Of a stretch of 64,000 nt of DNA, positions 60,740-64,000 are shown in pieces. Each line of letters begins with the position of its first letter. The first letter of the stretch is position 1. The DNA is taken from NCBI GenBank assembly GCA_050014195.1, contig JBEKDT010000001.1, positions 160,001 through 224,000 of the forward strand, written 5' to 3'. The translations under genes and the position numbers were made by a program. A model generated the notes under the pieces. The model was not told the DNA's origin, ran no database searches, and saw nothing but the letters and a program-made list of their open reading frames with translations. The DNA comes from Desulfomonilia bacterium (GTDB lineage: Bacteria; Desulfobacterota; Desulfomonilia; UBA1062).

Positions 60740-62044
60740 GTGAAAAACTGGCGTGAGATCTACAAAAGCAGGATTGTCAGCGCGGCTGAGGCAGTACGCC
60801 ATATCAAATCCGGCAACCGGGTTGTGGTTGCACATGCCAGCGGATCTCCCGAGCTCCTGTTAAAGGCCCTTGTGAACAACAAAGATGCCTACAAGAACGT
60901 GGAGATCGTTCACATGGTGTCCATGGGTGCATCCGAATACTGCCTGCCGGGCCTCGAAAAACATTTCGTCCACAACTCGCTTTTTGCAGGTGCCACCACG
61001 CGCAAGGCCATTCACGACGGAAGGGCTCACTTTACCGTATCCCACTTCAGCCAGATACCCAGACTGTTCACCGAGAAGATCCTGCCGGTGGATGTGACCA
61101 TGTGCATGGTCTCCCGACCCGACGAGCACGGGTTTTGTTCCTTCGGTGTCTCAGTGGACTATACCAAACCCGCCGCAGAGAGCTCCAAGATCGTCATCGC
61201 CGAGGTGACACCGAACATGCCGAGGACCCTTGGCGATGCCTTCATCCACGTCTCGGAGATAGATTACATCGTGGAGTGCGAATCCAAGCCCATTATCCTG
61301 CAGCCACCCAAGATATCCGAAACCGATGAGAAGATCGGCGGGTACTGTGCGGAGCTCATCAAGGACGGCGACTGCCTGCAGCTGGGTATCGGCGCGGTGC
61401 CGGACGCCATCCTCGGGTTCCTCAAACACAAGAAGGACTTGGGCATACACACCGAGATGTTCTCGGATGGTGTGGTAGACCTCGTTGAGGCAGGTGTCAT
61501 CACCTGCGCTAGGAAAAATTTCCATCCGGACAAGATGGTGGCCACCTTCTTCATGGGGACCGAGAAGCTTTACAAGTTTGTGCATAACAACCCCATGGTG
61601 CAGATGTTCCCCGTGAATATCACAAACAACCCTGCCATCATTGCCCAAAACGACAATATGGTGTCTATCAACTCCACACTCCAGGTGGACCTCAACGGCC
61701 AGGCCGCTTCCGAGTCCATAGGGTACAAGCAGTTCAGCGGCACGGGCGGGCAGGCCGATTTCGTACGCGGGGCCGCGTGGTCCAAGGGCGGCCGGTCGAT
61801 ACTTGCCTTCCATTCCACCGCATCAGGCGGAAAGATCTCCCGCATCGTTACCCATCTGGACGAGGGGGCTGTGGTCACCACAACACGCAGCGACATCCAC
61901 TATGTGGTAACCGAATACGGCATAGCAGACCTTCGCGGTAAATCCGTCCCGGAGAGGGCCAAGGCCCTCATCAATATCGCTCACCCTGACTTCAAGGGTG
62001 AGCTTAAGAAGGAATTCCAGCGCATCTACAACAGAAAAGTATAG
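60740..62044 (+). CDS. 4-hydroxybutyrate CoA-transferase (Cat2/AbfT-like)
   Basis: LQLGIGAVP, DLGIHTEM, SGTGGQ.DFVRGA, VTEYG, IAHPDF. Confidence 0.88.
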   Translation: MKNWREIYKSRIVSAAEAVRHIKSGNRVVVAHASGSPELLLKALVNNKDAYKNVEIVHMVSMGASEYCLPGLEKHFVHNSLFAGATTRKAIHDGRAHFTVSHFSQIPRLFTEKILPVDVTMCMVSRPDEHGFCSFGVSVDYTKPAAESSKIVIAEVTPNMPRTLGDAFIHVSEIDYIVECESKPIILQPPKISETDEKIGGYCAELIKDGDCLQLGIGAVPDAILGFLKHKKDLGIHTEMFSDGVVDLVEAGVITCARKNFHPDKMVATFFMGTEKLYKFVHNNPMVQMFPVNITNNPAIIAQNDNMVSINSTLQVDLNGQAASESIGYKQFSGTGGQADFVRGAAWSKGGRSILAFHSTASGGKISRIVTHLDEGAVVTTTRSDIHYVVTEYGIADLRGKSVPERAKALINIAHPDFKGELKKEFQRIYNRKV

Positions 62045-62089
62045 GCATGAAGGCCGTGGATACAAGAGAAAAGAAGGAGGTGTAGGGAT

Positions 62090-63241
62090 ATGATAAAGAT
62101 ATTCAGCACAACCCCTCGCATAGTGATGGGGCCTGGATCAGCAAAGACCATCGGCGTAGAGGTGAAGGCACGGGGAGCAAAGAGGGTTCTGATCGTAACC
62201 GACAAGGGCGTTATCGGTGCAGGGCTCTTGAACTCCATAGAAGAATCCTTCAAGGCTGCAAAGATCAAATATTCCATCTTCGACAAGGTGGAGCCGGACC
62301 CACGCTACGAGATCGTGGCGGACTGCGTAAAGATGGCTGAGGCTTCTCGCGCCCAGATGCTCGTCGGGATAGGCGGCGGCAGCCCCATGGACATCACCAA
62401 GACCTCTGCGGTCATGCTCACGAACAACGGGCCCATCGGTGCATACTTCGGCACCAACCTTATCCCGAAGCCCGGTCTTCCCACCATCCTTATCCCCACG
62501 ACAGCCGGCACCGGTAGCGAGGTGACACCCATCGCCATCCTGTCGGATGAAGGCGAGAAGCTCAAGAAGGGTATCGTAAGCCCCTACCTCTTCCCGGCCA
62601 TCGGCATACTGGACCCTGAGCTCACCGTCGGCCTGCCGCCCCATGTGACCGCAGCCACCGGCATGGATGCACTCATCCACGCCATCGAGGCCTATACGTC
62701 CATAAACGCCTCCACCATCACCGACATGTACTGCATCAAGGCCATCGAACTCATCTACAAGAACATCCGCATAGCATACGCCAAGGGCGATAACATGGAT
62801 GCACGCACAGCCATGATGGAAGGGGCACTGCTCGCCGGCATCGCATTCGCCAATGCCGGGGTCACTGCCGTGCATGCCTTTGCATACCCAATAGGAGCTG
62901 AATTCCACATCCCCCACGGTATTGCGAACACCCTCATGCTCCCGCACGTGATCCGCTTCAACGTGCTCGGGAATCTTGAAAAGTTCGCCCAGCTCGCCAA
63001 ACCCTTCTGCATACCCACTGAAGGTCTCGATAACTTAGCAATCGTGGACAAGGTGATCGCCGCCATCGACCGCCTTGCCGACGACATCCGGGTGCCGCGC
63101 CATCTCGCGGATTTCGGCGTAAAGGAGAAAGATATAAACATGCTAGCAGACGGGGTCATGAAGGTGACCCGGCTGCTGGCAAACAACCCGCGCACGCTCA
63201 CGCTGGACGATGCCAAGAGGATCTACAAGGCTGCTCTGTAA
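62090..63241 (+). CDS. Fe-containing alcohol dehydrogenase, likely 4-hydroxybutyrate dehydrogenase
   Basis: GGGSPMD, PTTAGTGSE, DALIHAIE, H, PHG; operon context. Confidence 0.88.
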   Translation: MIKIFSTTPRIVMGPGSAKTIGVEVKARGAKRVLIVTDKGVIGAGLLNSIEESFKAAKIKYSIFDKVEPDPRYEIVADCVKMAEASRAQMLVGIGGGSPMDITKTSAVMLTNNGPIGAYFGTNLIPKPGLPTILIPTTAGTGSEVTPIAILSDEGEKLKKGIVSPYLFPAIGILDPELTVGLPPHVTAATGMDALIHAIEAYTSINASTITDMYCIKAIELIYKNIRIAYAKGDNMDARTAMMEGALLAGIAFANAGVTAVHAFAYPIGAEFHIPHGIANTLMLPHVIRFNVLGNLEKFAQLAKPFCIPTEGLDNLAIVDKVIAAIDRLADDIRVPRHLADFGVKEKDINMLADGVMKVTRLLANNPRTLTLDDAKRIYKAAL

Positions 63242-63299
63242 AACACGATTGCAGACATACATGAGCGCAAGAACAGACAACTCAGGAGGACAAGAAAAA

Positions 63300-64000
63300 A
63301 TGAAAGTGAATAATAAATCACTCGGTGAATTACGGAGCACGGTCATGGCAAAGGGGTTTGCCAGCGGCAAACCCATATATATCGCATCGGCCAAAGGGGC
63401 AATGCTCTATGATGTGGAAGGGAACGAATACATCGACTTCGGCGGCGGCATTGCAGTCATGAACGTGGGGCACTCCAACCCGAAGGTGGTGAAGGCCATC
63501 CAAAATCAGGCCGAGAAATTCACCCATACCTGCTTCATGGTCACACCCTATGAGGTCGCAGTGAAACTGGGCGCAAAGCTCTGCAAGATCGTCCCCGGCA
63601 GGACCCCGAAGCGCGCAATCCTCATCAACAGCGGCGCCGAGGCCGTTGAGAACACGGTCAAGATCGCCCGCTACTACACCAAGAAACAGGGTATTGTCGT
63701 CCTGGATCATGCCTTCCACGGCAGGACGCTCTTATGCATGACCATGACCAGCAAGGTGAAGCCCTACAAGTGGGGGTTCGGACCCTTTGCACCGGAAGTC
63801 TACAAAATCCCGAATGCCTACTGCTACCGCTGTCCCTTCGGGCTTACCTACCCCAAGTGTGATTGTGCCTGTGCTGATTATCTGAAGGACTTCTTCGGCA
63901 GGATCGCTCCCGATATGATAGCCGCTGTAGTGGCGGAGCCTGTGCAGGGTGAAGGCGGCTTCATCACACCGCCCAAGGAATATTTCCCCAAGCTCGCCAA
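63300..64000 (+). CDS. gabT: 4-aminobutyrate aminotransferase, 5' part (runs off window)
   Basis: AGGAGG RBS; DVEGNEYIDFGGGIAVMNVGH, FTHTCF, NSGAEAVEN, FHGRT, EPVQGEGG. Confidence 0.9.
   Translation, partial: MKVNNKSLGELRSTVMAKGFASGKPIYIASAKGAMLYDVEGNEYIDFGGGIAVMNVGHSNPKVVKAIQNQAEKFTHTCFMVTPYEVAVKLGAKLCKIVPGRTPKRAILINSGAEAVENTVKIARYYTKKQGIVVLDHAFHGRTLLCMTMTSKVKPYKWGFGPFAPEVYKIPNAYCYRCPFGLTYPKCDCACADYLKDFFGRIAPDMIAAVVAEPVQGEGGFITPPKEYFPKLA

Noticed and set aside
63330-63719. 129 aa minus-strand ORF
   Set aside because: Shadow of gabT, which the ORF track omits because it runs off the window

Overview
Chromosomal DNA from a diderm, probably anaerobic bacterium; gene content suggests Deltaproteobacteria/Desulfobacterota (inference). 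(1) 1-5550 is the distal end of an integron gene-cassette array: nine + strand cassettes separated by heterogeneous attC sites, with each complete cassette's start core site complementary to its own R''. Cargo: DUF4019-like fragment, PP-loop ATPase, two isochorismatase-family hydrolases, two SAM methyltransferases, a GNAT, an RHH/MazF toxin-antitoxin pair and a FosX-family fosfomycin hydrolase. No intI lies in the window, and several attC sites are decayed. (2) 5.6-45 kb is housekeeping and signalling backbone: engB, a two-component/c-di-GMP cluster, acuC, degP-like protease, ispE-spoVG-tRNA-Gln-prs, comM, pilD, accA, dnaE, guaB, sppA, rpsA, hpt, ruvX, mltG and an HD-GYP regulator. (3) 45-56.6 kb is an LPS locus with an AT-rich waaL block and an unusual oxidoreductase/radical-SAM/GT9 operon. 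(4) 56.7-64 kb holds a PAS sigma54 activator, three palindromic boxes, a -24/-12 promoter and a Clostridium-type GABA/4-hydroxybutyrate operon (abfD, small Cys protein, CoA-transferase, Fe-ADH, gabT partial). Also seen: heptamer repeats starting at TGA stops and several apparently leaderless genes. All calls come from motif recognition by eye; no database searches were run.
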